DNA of 64,000 nucleotides from Magnetococcales bacterium (GCA_015234115.1 JADFWP010000004.1:16648-80647); one strand, 5' to 3'. Counted from the stretch's first letter, positions 45,372-55,323 are shown. Notes: a model not told the origin generated them from the letters alone. Numbers and translations are program-made.

Positions 45372-46910
45372 ATGGCCACTATTATGGTTGTCGATGATGC
45401 TCCGGAGACACGAATTTTTCTGGATGCGTTGCTTTGTCAAGAGGGGCATCATGTTGTCTTGTCCGCAGATGGCCAAGAGGCACTCAATTTTCTGGATGAT
45501 AATACTTACGATCTGATTCTGATGGATATCCAGATGCCGATTATGGATGGATATCAGGCCACGCAACAGATCAAGGCCAGAATGCGTCCTGGAGAAAACG
45601 TGCCCGTGATTTTTCTGACATCGGTGCAGACCGACCGGGAATTGGCACGATGCCTGGAATGTGGTGGTGATGATTTCCTCAACAAACCCCCCAGCCCCAT
45701 CCTCTTGAAGGCCCGCATTCAATTCTGGTTGCAGAGGGCAGAAATGGCCAATCGGCTTGAGCAGTCCCATGCAGAACTGAAAACCGCCAATCAATGTCTG
45801 ACCTCTCTTAATATTAAATTAATGGAGGCGGAAAAATTGCAACAGGATGTGGATCGGATTGTCAGACATGATTTGAAAACCCCATTGAACAGCATCATCG
45901 GTTATTCGGATTTACTACTGAGCGACAAGAATATTTCATCCAGTCAAAGAGAAAATATAGAAATCATATACAATTCCAGCATCAACGTCTTGCACATGAT
46001 CAATCTTTCCCTGGGTTTGTATCAGATGGAAAGAGGTGAATACACCTGCAAGATGGAAGAGATCGACCTGCTTGCCATTCTGCGCAATATACGGGTTCAG
46101 CTAGGCCCGTCGTTGTTCGGCACTGGATTGACAATCAAAATCATCATGCACGACCGGGATGCGGATGAATCCGATCAATTCATGGTCCAGGCTGAAACGG
46201 TGCTTTGCTATTCGATGCTGTCCAACCTGATCAAAAATGCCGTCGAAGCGTCACCGTCCGATCAGGTCGTGACCATCACTCTGGTCGAGAACGAAAATTT
46301 CAGTCATATCGTCATTCACAATCGGGGTGCTGTACCGACCGCGATGCGCGACCGATTTTTTGAAAAATATGCCACCTGTGGCAAGATGGGTGGAACCGGA
46401 CTGGGAACATACTCCGCCAAGTTGATTGCCAAAACCCTGGGCGGCGATATTCAGATGCGGTCATCTGATGATACCGGTACGGAACTGATCGTCAGTTTCC
46501 GTAAAGGGACGTTGCCAACCGGGCATGAAACGGCTGACTCGCTTGAATCTACGGATTTCCAACCCGAACCGGGGAAGATCGTGGAGGCGGTTACTTCACC
46601 TCTTCCACCTGCGATGCCAGTCAATCGGGGTATGAAGGTCGCAGGCAGTGACTCCGTTCGATTTGGTGAACAGGCACCCCAATATGTCAATGATCTGCGA
46701 ATTGCCTTGGCTGATCAAAATGTCCATCGCGCCTTGATTGAAATTGAACGATTGTATCAAGCAGCCTCTGAGGTGAGTGCCAAACGTGTCATGACACAAG
46801 CGATCCGACTCAAAGGAATCGTCGAGATGTGTGATTGGGTGAACTCACAAGAAGAGTACGATGTGCTTGAACGCAATATCCAACTTGTTTTATTGAAGAA
46901 TCATTCATGA
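45372..46910 (+). CDS. REC-HisKA-HATPase hybrid kinase with degenerate Hpt-like C-terminus
   Basis: N-terminal REC; RHDLKTPLN; NLIKNAVEA; GGTGLGTYS. Confidence 0.88.
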   Translation: MATIMVVDDAPETRIFLDALLCQEGHHVVLSADGQEALNFLDDNTYDLILMDIQMPIMDGYQATQQIKARMRPGENVPVIFLTSVQTDRELARCLECGGDDFLNKPPSPILLKARIQFWLQRAEMANRLEQSHAELKTANQCLTSLNIKLMEAEKLQQDVDRIVRHDLKTPLNSIIGYSDLLLSDKNISSSQRENIEIIYNSSINVLHMINLSLGLYQMERGEYTCKMEEIDLLAILRNIRVQLGPSLFGTGLTIKIIMHDRDADESDQFMVQAETVLCYSMLSNLIKNAVEASPSDQVVTITLVENENFSHIVIHNRGAVPTAMRDRFFEKYATCGKMGGTGLGTYSAKLIAKTLGGDIQMRSSDDTGTELIVSFRKGTLPTGHETADSLESTDFQPEPGKIVEAVTSPLPPAMPVNRGMKVAGSDSVRFGEQAPQYVNDLRIALADQNVHRALIEIERLYQAASEVSAKRVMTQAIRLKGIVEMCDWVNSQEEYDVLERNIQLVLLKNHS

Positions 46911-47633
46911 CTGGACTTTAGACTCGCACCCCTCCAGCCCAAGATCGTTGGATTCGTGGGAAGTGTGGGATGCAAGCGGGAACAATTGATTTTGGACCGT
47001 GTTGTGTAAGGTGGAAACTCAGCAGGTCAGCAGGATGCCGTTTGGGGGCATGAATTTTCGGGACTTTGAGTCCCACCAGTCGCGAACCCGGATGTGCGAG
47101 AAATGTTTCTGGAGTCCGGTTCGTACCAGGCCAGCAGTAACGGTGCGGTTGACGCGCCAAGGTGTGAGGTTGGCCAGTTGTCTGATTTGATCGCCACCCA
47201 AGATGGTCAGGAGTTGTAGAAGTGCATAGGCAGCAAAGAGGATAGACACCCATCGGTGAAGAACCTGTCTGGACTGTTGCCATGTTTCTTTCCAACCCCA
47301 TCCGTTTTTGGTTTGCCTAAACATGGGTTCAATGCTCCAGCGTCTGGCATACCCAATAATGACTGCTTCTGGAGTGAGTTGGATGTTGGTAGCGATCAAC
47401 AGCCTTGGGATACTGGAGTTTCCTTTGTCGTCCACGAAACAAGTTCAGACGACCCGAACTGCCATCCCTTTGAGGAAGCGAGCCATGGCGATTACGCTAC
47501 GATAGCGGACGGTTTGGTTTTTTCCGCAAAACCATAGAACAATTTTTGTTTCTTTTATGGATTCAATATGTTTCTGGGTGAGTTTGACCGAACCAGACAG
47601 ACTGGGTGAGCATGGTGCCGACCAGCAATTCGA
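46911..47633 (-). mobile_element. IS701-family-like remnant (right end, transposase C-terminal fragment, short left-end fragment)
   Basis: Terminal CTGGACTTTAGA at 46911; 47019-47435 encodes YARRWSIEPMFRQTKNGWG (DDE C-terminal motif); 46911-47220 is near-identical in inverted orientation to 52745-53052. Confidence 0.8.
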
Positions 47634-47713
47634 GCTACACGAGGCCACGGCGGTCCTGGTCGAGTAAGGTCACCCCCTCAGGTACGCTTCCCCCGGAAGA
47701 GCCAAATTTCCTG

Positions 47714-47742
47714 TTGACCTAGTTCCAGGACAGTGGTATACA
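47714..47742 (+). promoter_or_regulatory. Probable sigma70 promoter of tRNA-Val
   Basis: TTGACC-N17-TATACA with TG extension. Confidence 0.55.
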
Positions 47743-47799
47743 GTGTGTCTTGTCAATCACGAAGGGGAAATTTTCTGTTTTCCCTTCCCTCGCGCAAGC

Positions 47800-47874
47800 G
47801 GGCGGCTAGCTCAGAGGGAGAGCACTGCCTTCACACGGCAGGGGTCACAGGTTCAATCCCTGTGCCGCCCACCA
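47800..47874 (+). tRNA. tRNA-Val (anticodon CAC)
   Basis: GGGCGGC...GCCGCCC acceptor stem, AGCTCAG D-arm, CTGCC-TTCACAC-GGCAG anticodon arm, GGTTCAATCC T-loop, encoded CCA. Confidence 0.97.
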
Positions 47875-47890
47875 AATAAATCAAACGCTT

Positions 47891-47920
47891 ACGGCCACCT
47901 TTCGGGTGGCCGTTCTTGTT
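47891..47920 (+). terminator. Intrinsic terminator-like hairpin after tRNA-Val
   Basis: ACGGCCACC-TTTCG-GGTGGCCGT followed by TCTTGTT. Confidence 0.7.
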
Positions 47921-47964
47921 CCTGTACCCACATAGTACCCACCAGAAAAAAATTGGGCTCTTGT

Positions 47965-48008
47965 ACCGCGCCAAGCAGAATGAGAAACCGCGCCAAGCAG
48001 AATGAGAA
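47965..48008 (+). repeat. Perfect 22-bp tandem duplication
   Basis: ACCGCGCCAAGCAGAATGAGAA x2. Confidence 0.9.
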
Positions 48009-48207
48009 CGTGTTTTCGTCAGGAAACAACCATTCCCGCCCAGCCATTCAGACGTAAAACACCCGCTCCAACCCCCGGCACATCCTGGTCGCCTTGCGAT
48101 CCCGGATCGTCACCAGATCGCCAACAGCCAGATCATCATCCCTGACACCCGCGCCAGGGACAGCCCGGAGGTTGCCGCCATCACAGAAGCTCTGTCGGGC
48201 AGCAAAG

Positions 48208-48774
48208 TCAGTGCGCCCAGACCCATCCCTGTCCCCGCACGAATGTAGGCCTGTTGGTTTTTTTGGCGTGCTGATGGTGAATCTGACTGTCTGGGGCTTT
48301 GGTCGAGGAGCGGAAAACCAGTGTATCATCAATGGCCAAGTAGCACGTTTCACACGGGAACCACCTGGCAACCAGTCTTGCCGTTTGCCTGGCCAGGGCA
48401 AGCCAGGACCATTTGCCGCGTTGGAGCCATTTGAAACAGGTCGTCCAGTGTCGCCCCAGGTCAATGACCGAACCAGACGGCACAACAAAACCAGACTGGA
48501 TGAGCATGGTGCCGACCAGCAATTCGATAAACGTCGGCACGGATCGGATGGGCAGCGATTTGGCAAAAAATGTGATCCAATCGAATAGGGCGCAGGGGAT
48601 GGGGCTACATCCTTTGCTGTCCATGGCGGTACTCCGGAATCAGGGTGGATCCTGTTTTCAGAGTACCGCCTCCAGAGGCTCAATGCTCGATTATTGAAAG
48701 ATTAACGCAGGCTGTGCGCCGTGCAAAAGACGAGTCACCGTCCCGCGCCCTTCTACTGAAACCCTAAATTCAAG
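48208..48774 (-). mobile_element. IS701-family-like remnant (left end and truncated transposase N-terminus)
   Basis: 48208-48624 encodes MDSKGCSPIP...YLAIDDTLVFRSSTKAP...GQGWV (first DDE Asp); near-identical in inverted orientation to 52405-52744. Confidence 0.8.
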
Positions 48775-48823
48775 ATTTTAAATAAAAAATCTTTAAAAAT
48801 TTTTTGTTTTTAAAGCCAAATTC

Positions 48824-48869
48824 AAAACCCTGGGGAAAGAATCCCCCAGACCCCCTCTTTTTTTTCAAT
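48824..48869 (+). repeat. REP-like dispersed hairpin repeat (copy 1)
   Basis: AAAACCCTGGGGAAAGAATCCCCCAGACCCCCTCTTTTTTTTCAAT; a second copy is at about 53069-53114. Confidence 0.75.
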
Positions 48870-48919
48870 GGTTGGGAATTCTGCTTGACGCGGTGGCTGT
48901 TTTTTCCCTATGGTTCCCG

Positions 48920-49110
48920 GCATGCCTCAAGGTTCCCCCCTTTGCCGGGGGGTGAAACGGGAAGTCCGGTTGATCCGGCGCTGCCCCCGCAACGGTGATC
49001 GAGTCAAGCGAAAAAGGTTCCACCACTGCCCCAATGGGGTGGGAAGGTGTTTTTTGCCGATTTGAGGGGATCTTCAAATCACTCGTCAGCCCGGAGACCG
49101 GCCTTGTGGT
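48920..49110 (+). ncRNA. Cobalamin riboswitch
   Basis: AAGGTTC...TGAAACGGGAAGTCCGGTTGATCCGGCGCTGCCCCCGCAACGGTGA...CCACTG...TGGGAAGG...AGCCCGGAGACCGGCCTTG (B12 box), upstream of a TonB-dependent receptor. Confidence 0.93.
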
Positions 49111-49275
49111 CACACACAAGTTGCGTCGCGCGGGGCGACGGCTTGGAGATCGTCCTCTTTGCGCCTGCCCGACGGTTTTCCCGGCTCGTTTCACTTTTTT
49201 TTCCTCCTCGCGTGGACGCCTTCATCGATTTTTCCGGCACGGGAGAGTGCCGGAAACCGAAATGCGAGGCCTGCC

Positions 49276-51246
49276 ATGAAACGTCTGCCCCTGTTGTCCG
49301 TTCTGCCCCTGCTTCTGCCCGCCACCGCTTTGTCAGCCGAGAACGCTGCAATCCCGCTCGAAGAGCTGGTGGTCACCGCCACTCGTTTTCCAACCAAACG
49401 CTCGACCTTGCCGGCCCATGTCACCACCATCACCCAGGAGGAGATTCGCGCGACCTCGGCGACTTCGGTTCCGGATCTGTTGCGTGGCCGGGCCGGGATC
49501 CATGTGATGGACATGACCGGCAACGGTCGCAATTTTCTGGTGGATCTGCGGGGGTTTGGCGAGAGTGCGGCCACCAATGTGCTGGTTCTGGTGGATGGAC
49601 GACGCCTCAATCAGGCCGATCTCGGCGGGGTGGACTGGTCTCAGATTCCGTTGGAACGGGTTGAGCGGATCGAAATCATCCGTGGCGGATCCGGGGGAGT
49701 GCTTTATGGCGACAATGCTTCCGGCGGGGTGATTCACATCATTACCCGCGCTGGCGATCAACCAACCGCTGAAGCGCAACTTCAGGCTGGCAGCCATGCC
49801 ACGGCCCAGGGCGCCTTGACCGTGGCAGGAGACAAGAACCGGTTCACTTATTCGGTGACATCTGGATACCGGATTACGGATGGATATCGGGATAATGGAG
49901 ATGCCGAGGCCAGCGAGGCCGGGGTCAATCTGCATTTTCAACCGAATGACCGGTTTGGCGTGCGTTTTACGGCGGGTTACCAGGACGATACCACAGGCAT
50001 GCCTTCGGCTCTGAAGGAGAGCGACTTTGCCCAGGGGATCGGGCGGCGCGCCACCGTCACGCCGGATGACGAGTCCAAAGCCACGGACTATTTTTTTCAT
50101 CTGGCTCCGGAGTTCCGTTTTCAGGACGAGGACCGGTTGGTGGTGGATCTCTCCTGGCGGGATCGGGATGTGACCAATCTTTCTCATTTCACCGGCGGGG
50201 AGTTTACCGGGCAAAGCAACATTCAGACCTGGGCCATCTCCCCGCGTGCCCAGTGGCGTGGCCGACTGGGCACAGTCACGGATCGTGTCACCGTGGGTGG
50301 GGATTGGACCTCCGATCATGAAGTGATCCGCAACGATTCGCTGTTTTTCGGCGTGCGCACCCTTGGGGATTTCTCGTTGCGCAAAAGAACCCTGGGTGGA
50401 TATCTCCACAATGAGATTGATCTGGCGGAACATTGGATTCTGACGCAGGGGGTGCGTCTGGATCGGGCGCTGTTTCATTTCGCGCCCAGTACCACAGAAC
50501 AGGTTGAACGGGATCAGCAGGCGTTTTCGTTCGGAATTCGTCACGATCTGGACGATCAGAATTATGTCTACCTGAATGGCTCCCGCAGCTATCGTTATCC
50601 CCTGCTGGATGAGCAGTACAGCTTTTTCACCAATACGGTCAATACGGCACTGAAACCGCAGCACAGTCTGGAATGGCAACTCGGATGGCATCGGAATTTC
50701 TCACCCACGTTCAGTGGTGAATTATCCGGATTCCATGTCGAGACGCGGGACGAACTCTATTTCGATATTCTCAGCTACAACAATACCAACCTGGATGGAA
50801 CGGTGCAGCGGGATGGAGTGGAGTTGGAACTGGAGAAACGGTTCGAGCAGTGGAGCCTGGCCGGCAACGCCACCTGGACCCATGCCCGGATTCGTTCGGG
50901 TGTGTATGCCGGTCATGATTTTCCGGGAGTGCCCGCTTTTCAGGGCGGGGTGCAGCTTCATTATCTGCCTACCGAGCGGCTGGATTGGGAGATGGCGGGT
51001 CGTTACATCGGCGCGCGCCCCTTCATCAGCGATTTTTCCCATGGCTTTGGCGATCAGCCTGGTTATCTGGTGTTGGATACAACCGTGCGTTATCAATGGC
51101 CTGCGGTGACCGGGTGGTTCCAGATCGCCAATCTGACCGGTCGTGATTATGCGGAATACGGTGTATTGGGGGGCTTTCCCACGGAGCGGGCCTGGTTTCC
51201 CTCTCCGGAACGCCGGTTCATGATTGGCGGGAGCGCGCGTTTTTAG
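49276..51246 (+). CDS. btuB: TonB-dependent cobalamin receptor (BtuB-like)
   Basis: Signal peptide MKRLPLLSVL..., ELVVTATR TonB box, plug motif IERIEIIRGGSGGVLYG-like, C-terminal Phe; riboswitch upstream. Confidence 0.85.
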   Translation: MKRLPLLSVLPLLLPATALSAENAAIPLEELVVTATRFPTKRSTLPAHVTTITQEEIRATSATSVPDLLRGRAGIHVMDMTGNGRNFLVDLRGFGESAATNVLVLVDGRRLNQADLGGVDWSQIPLERVERIEIIRGGSGGVLYGDNASGGVIHIITRAGDQPTAEAQLQAGSHATAQGALTVAGDKNRFTYSVTSGYRITDGYRDNGDAEASEAGVNLHFQPNDRFGVRFTAGYQDDTTGMPSALKESDFAQGIGRRATVTPDDESKATDYFFHLAPEFRFQDEDRLVVDLSWRDRDVTNLSHFTGGEFTGQSNIQTWAISPRAQWRGRLGTVTDRVTVGGDWTSDHEVIRNDSLFFGVRTLGDFSLRKRTLGGYLHNEIDLAEHWILTQGVRLDRALFHFAPSTTEQVERDQQAFSFGIRHDLDDQNYVYLNGSRSYRYPLLDEQYSFFTNTVNTALKPQHSLEWQLGWHRNFSPTFSGELSGFHVETRDELYFDILSYNNTNLDGTVQRDGVELELEKRFEQWSLAGNATWTHARIRSGVYAGHDFPGVPAFQGGVQLHYLPTERLDWEMAGRYIGARPFISDFSHGFGDQPGYLVLDTTVRYQWPAVTGWFQIANLTGRDYAEYGVLGGFPTERAWFPSPERRFMIGGSARF

Positions 51247-52151
51247 GGCGACGACGGGCGGTGCTGGCGGGTCTGCTCCAGCAGGGCGCACAACCGTTCG
51301 GCACCGTCGAGGATCCGGGTGGTATGGCGTTGGAGCAGATCCGGGGGAATGAAGAACAGTTGATCGCGCTGCACGGCAGTCAGGGGAGGCCAGGCGCGCC
51401 ACTGTTCCAGCCACTCCGGGCGTTGTTCGTTCATGCCGCTGGCCACGATCACTTCCGGATTGGCTGCGAGCACCGCCTCCAGGTCGATGACCGGAGCCAG
51501 AACCGGCAGGGAGGCGAAGACGTTTTCCCCGCCGCACACGGTGATGACATCGCTGATCAGGTGGGCACCATTGACGGTCATGAGCGGCTGGTGCCACACC
51601 TGATAGAACATTCTGACTTTGGAAGCCTCCTGAAAGCGTTCCCGGAGCGCTGCAAGGCGCTGACGGAACGCCGTGGCGGCGCGGGTGGCTGCGATTGTCT
51701 GGCCGGTCAGGGCGCCGAGTTGTTCCAGCACGGTGGGCAGATCGTCCAATCGGCGGGGATCGGTGCGCAACACGGTCAGTCCGAATTTTTCCAGGGAGTC
51801 GAGCAGAGGGGCTGGATTGCCGCTGTTCCACCCCACCACCAGATCGGGTCGCAAGGCGATCACCGCTTCGGGATCAAAGCGGTCGTAGCCGCCGATGCGC
51901 GGGATTTTCCGGGCCGAAGGGGGAAAGTCGCTGTAATCTGCGGCGCCCACCACCTGGTCCCCGGCGCTTACGGCAAAGAGCAGTTCGGTCAGGTTGGGGG
52001 CGAGCGACACCAGTCGTTGGGCGGGTTGGGCAAGCGTGATCACCCGTCCGGCGGCATCGGTCACGGAGAGTGGCAGTGGCGGGTTGGCGGCCAGGAGGGG
52101 CAGGACAATGAAAAACGGCAGCAGCCGGAACAGCGTGGAAATCTGGATCAT
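51243..52151 (-). CDS. btuF: Periplasmic cobalamin-binding protein BtuF
   Basis: VTDAAGRVITLAQPAQRLVSLAPNLTELLFAV...YSDFPP...IPRIGGY...LQRHTTRI. Confidence 0.88.
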   Translation of the reverse strand: MIQISTLFRLLPFFIVLPLLAANPPLPLSVTDAAGRVITLAQPAQRLVSLAPNLTELLFAVSAGDQVVGAADYSDFPPSARKIPRIGGYDRFDPEAVIALRPDLVVGWNSGNPAPLLDSLEKFGLTVLRTDPRRLDDLPTVLEQLGALTGQTIAATRAATAFRQRLAALRERFQEASKVRMFYQVWHQPLMTVNGAHLISDVITVCGGENVFASLPVLAPVIDLEAVLAANPEVIVASGMNEQRPEWLEQWRAWPPLTAVQRDQLFFIPPDLLQRHTTRILDGAERLCALLEQTRQHRPSSP

Positions 52152-52404
52152 GGATGATCATGTTTTGTGGTGTGACGGCGGAAATCTGGCCTGGAATTGT
52201 GAACGGCTTGAGGGGTTTGCGGATCACAGGATAAGAATGGCGTCCCGAAACGGCCTTTCCAAACCAGATTTTTCATTTGTGTTGTGATGCAAGACGAAGT
52301 GAAGTTCAAAGGCGTTTTGGTTGCCAATTGATTCAGCATATGACAAGGCAGCATGATCTGCAAAGGTCTTTCTGCGGCGCGTCGGAAGCGTCTGTTTCAT
52401 GAAT

Positions 52405-53052
52405 CTGGACTTTAGAGTTTCAGTAGAAGGGCGCGGGACGGTGACTCGTCTTTTGCACGGCGCACAGCCTGCGTTAATCTTTCAATAATCGAGCATTGAG
52501 CCTCTGGAGGCGGTACTCTGAAAACAGGATCCACCCTGATTCCGGAGTACCTCCATGGACAGCAAAGGATGTAGCCCCATCCCCTGCGCCCTGTTCGATT
52601 GGATCACATTTTTTGCCAAATCGCTACCCATCCGATCCGTGCCGACGTTTATCGAATTGCTGGTCGGCACCATGCTCACCCAATCTGGTTTTGTTGTGCA
52701 GTCTGGTTCGGTCATTGACCTGGGGCGACACTGGACGACCTGTTACAACTCCTGACCATCTTGGGTGGCGATCAAATCAGACAACTGGCCAACCTCACAC
52801 CTTGGCGCGTCAACCGTACCGTTACTGCTGGCCTAGTACGAACCGGACTCCAGAAACATTTCTCGCACATCCGGGTTCGCGACTGGCGGGACTCAAAGTC
52901 CCGAAAATTCATGCCCCCAAACGGCATCCTGCTGACCTGCTGAGCTTCCACCTGACACAACACGGTCCAAAATCAATCTGTTCCCGCTTGCATCCCACAC
53001 TTCCCACGAATCCAACGATCTTGGGCTGGAGGGGTGCGAGTCTAAAGTCCAG
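52405..53052 (+). mobile_element. Internally deleted, MITE-like IS701-family derivative (648 bp) with perfect 12-bp terminal inverted repeats
   Basis: CTGGACTTTAGA (52405-52416) and TCTAAAGTCCAG (53041-53052); left about 340 bp matches 48434-48774, right about 310 bp matches 46911-47220; junction at about 52744. Confidence 0.85.
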
Positions 53053-53068
53053 GTTTAAAATCAAAGTC

Positions 53069-53114
53069 AAAACCCTGGGGGAGGAATCCCCCAGACCCCC
53101 TCTTTTTTTTCAAT
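53069..53114 (+). repeat. REP-like dispersed hairpin repeat (copy 2)
   Basis: AAAACCCTGGGGGAGGAATCCCCCAGACCCCCTCTTTTTTTTCAAT. Confidence 0.75.
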
Positions 53115-53150
53115 CGTGGGACGAGATTTGTAAACCGGTATATGATTGAT

Positions 53151-54377
53151 TCAGTATTTGCCCAGGCAGTCCGGCCACCAGTGGATCACCTGATCGTCTT
53201 TCTTGGTCAAGCCGCTGATCGGCCCATCCTGAGAGATGACAAAAGCCGCCGAACCGGCATAATTGCCCACAAAATTGACTGTGGCATTGTGCCGGGTACC
53301 ATACCTGGAAAACAACTCGTCCCGCTCCAGATGGCGCGCCTTGTTGTTCTTCCAATAGATGATCCGCTCCTGCCAGATCGGCGCCGAAAGAAACGCACCA
53401 AAGGTCAATGGACGCAACCGGTCCGAAAGAATCAACGCACCATCCACACAGGTCATCTGCGCCAACAACTCCGCATGCTCGATCACCTTGCGTTTGCACT
53501 CCAACACCGTCTCCCCGATGATGCAGATCGTGGCCAACGAGGAGGTTTCGGCCACATCCTGCCGGAAACGCTCCTGTTTCTGTTCCACATCGCACAAGTC
53601 CGCCAGCAAGGAGGCGCCATCCGGACTTTCCAGCAGATTGTGCTTGGTGATCACACTGTGAGAATCGGCATCCAGGCTATCCCCCGGCAGCCAGACAATG
53701 ATGCCGCCATGACCGCGCCGGTCGGTCTCCATGAGCAGATAATCGATGAAATCCCGATAGGTATGCCAATATTTCATACCCAGTTTCTGAAACTCCGGAT
53801 GACGCTTGACCACCTCCAGGAAACGCCATCCCATGAGTCCAGAGGTGAAATGCGTGTGAACCGGTTCCAAAAAACGGCCAGACTTGAACCGGGCGATCAG
53901 ATCATCCCCCTGATAGATCGACAGTGAACCGGTTCTTTTGGACAAAATGGCCAACGAATTGGGCGCCGGCTGTTCAAGAGGCAGCGGATCAAAACGGTTG
54001 CGCCCCCGATGGGTGGTGAAGATGGCACTCCAGATCTCCAGTTCGGTTGGATCCTCCGGCGTGCCCCATACCGCCAACTGCGTGGTATCCGGATCAAAGG
54101 CCGGCGCGAGCTTGACCAGCGTATCGACGGTCAACAAGGGCCTGGGCGACAGACGCATCACAATGCTCTCCCCCGCGCGCCCCCGGTCCGGCAGCAGGGC
54201 CGGATCGGTCAACGACACCCCGACCCGTACCGGTCGATCCTCGTCACGCTTCAACCCGGCCAGAAAAACCATTTCCATGATGGTCCTGACCTGCTGAAAC
54301 AGAATCGGATCCTCGGAAGCCGACGAATTCGGTTTCCAAAGAGCAATGATCTCCTCGACGATGACCGGATCAAACAC
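53151..54377 (-). CDS. DisA_N/diadenylate-cyclase-fold protein with N-terminal putative sensor domain (DACNV-like)
   Basis: C-terminal MTCVDGALIL (DGA motif), YGTRHNAT (RHx motif), AFVISQDG; RRGHGGIIVW. Confidence 0.75.
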   Translation of the reverse strand: MFDPVIVEEIIALWKPNSSASEDPILFQQVRTIMEMVFLAGLKRDEDRPVRVGVSLTDPALLPDRGRAGESIVMRLSPRPLLTVDTLVKLAPAFDPDTTQLAVWGTPEDPTELEIWSAIFTTHRGRNRFDPLPLEQPAPNSLAILSKRTGSLSIYQGDDLIARFKSGRFLEPVHTHFTSGLMGWRFLEVVKRHPEFQKLGMKYWHTYRDFIDYLLMETDRRGHGGIIVWLPGDSLDADSHSVITKHNLLESPDGASLLADLCDVEQKQERFRQDVAETSSLATICIIGETVLECKRKVIEHAELLAQMTCVDGALILSDRLRPLTFGAFLSAPIWQERIIYWKNNKARHLERDELFSRYGTRHNATVNFVGNYAGSAAFVISQDGPISGLTKKDDQVIHWWPDCLGKY

Positions 54378-54552
54378 GCTGCATCCCTCCCCAGGTTACG
54401 GCCCGAGCCGCCTAAACACCATCCGATCAAGCCGGATTTCTGCCATGCAAAAGAATAATGCGGATTGCTCCGCATGGAAACCAGGATTCTGGTTGAGAGG
54501 ACAATTTACGCAATGCAACCGACCGGAACCCGCCGCCATCCCTGTTTTCGGG

Positions 54553-55323
54553 TCAATCCGGCACCCAGATCCTGCGTTTTCCGTGCGACACGGCCTGCAT
54601 GGGATGCTGAAAGAGCCGACTGAGCAGCTCGGCCCGCAACATTGTCTCACCCGTGCCCATCAGCGTCTCCCCGGAACCAAACAGAAACAAAAAACGATTG
54701 CAATAACGAGCCGCCAGATTGATGTCGTGCAGCACCAGGATCAAAGCCCCCTGGCTCTGCCTGGCTCTGGCGGACAACAGCTCCAGCAGGGCGAATTGAT
54801 GTTCCAGATCCAGATGATTGGTTGGTTCATCCAACAACCACAGGCGGGGGGATTGCACCAGCAGCGTGGCGACCTCCATGCGACGCCGCTCGCCACCGGA
54901 CAGGGTGGCCACAGCCCGATTGGCCAGCGCCTCCAAACCGACCGACCGCAGGGCCTCCAGGGCCAGGGCGTGATCTTCGGCGCCTTCGGATGCCCAGAAC
55001 GGGACATGGGGATAACGACCGGCCAGAACCATCTCCAGAACGGTGGCCGGAAAGAGATATTCCTGCTCCTGAAACAAAATGCCCACGCGCCGGGCCACGG
55101 AGCGCCGGGTCAAACGGGCCAAGGAAACCCCTTCCAGCAGAATTTCCCCGCCATCGACCGGTCGCAATCCAGCCAGGGCATGCAGCAGGGTGGATTTGCC
55201 CGCTCCGTTCGGCCCCAACACCCCCCAGCACTCACCCGGCAGCACGACTCCGTTCAAATCCCGACAGAAGGTCCGTCCCCCGACGGCCAACGCCACCCCC
55301 CGCAGCGCAAGCAACGGGGTCAC
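54553..55323 (-). CDS. btuD: ABC transporter ATPase (BtuD/FecE-like)
   Basis: GPNGAGKST, LSGGERRR, LLDEPTNHLD, VLHD; GTG 55323 overlaps the permease stop. Confidence 0.85.
   Translation of the reverse strand: MTPLLALRGVALAVGGRTFCRDLNGVVLPGECWGVLGPNGAGKSTLLHALAGLRPVDGGEILLEGVSLARLTRRSVARRVGILFQEQEYLFPATVLEMVLAGRYPHVPFWASEGAEDHALALEALRSVGLEALANRAVATLSGGERRRMEVATLLVQSPRLWLLDEPTNHLDLEHQFALLELLSARARQSQGALILVLHDINLAARYCNRFLFLFGSGETLMGTGETMLRAELLSRLFQHPMQAVSHGKRRIWVPD

Noticed and set aside
48048-48683. 211-aa minus-strand ORF (also 48094-48588 + and 52496-53149 +) as functional genes
   Set aside because: These are alternative frames across IS remnants fused to unrelated sequence.
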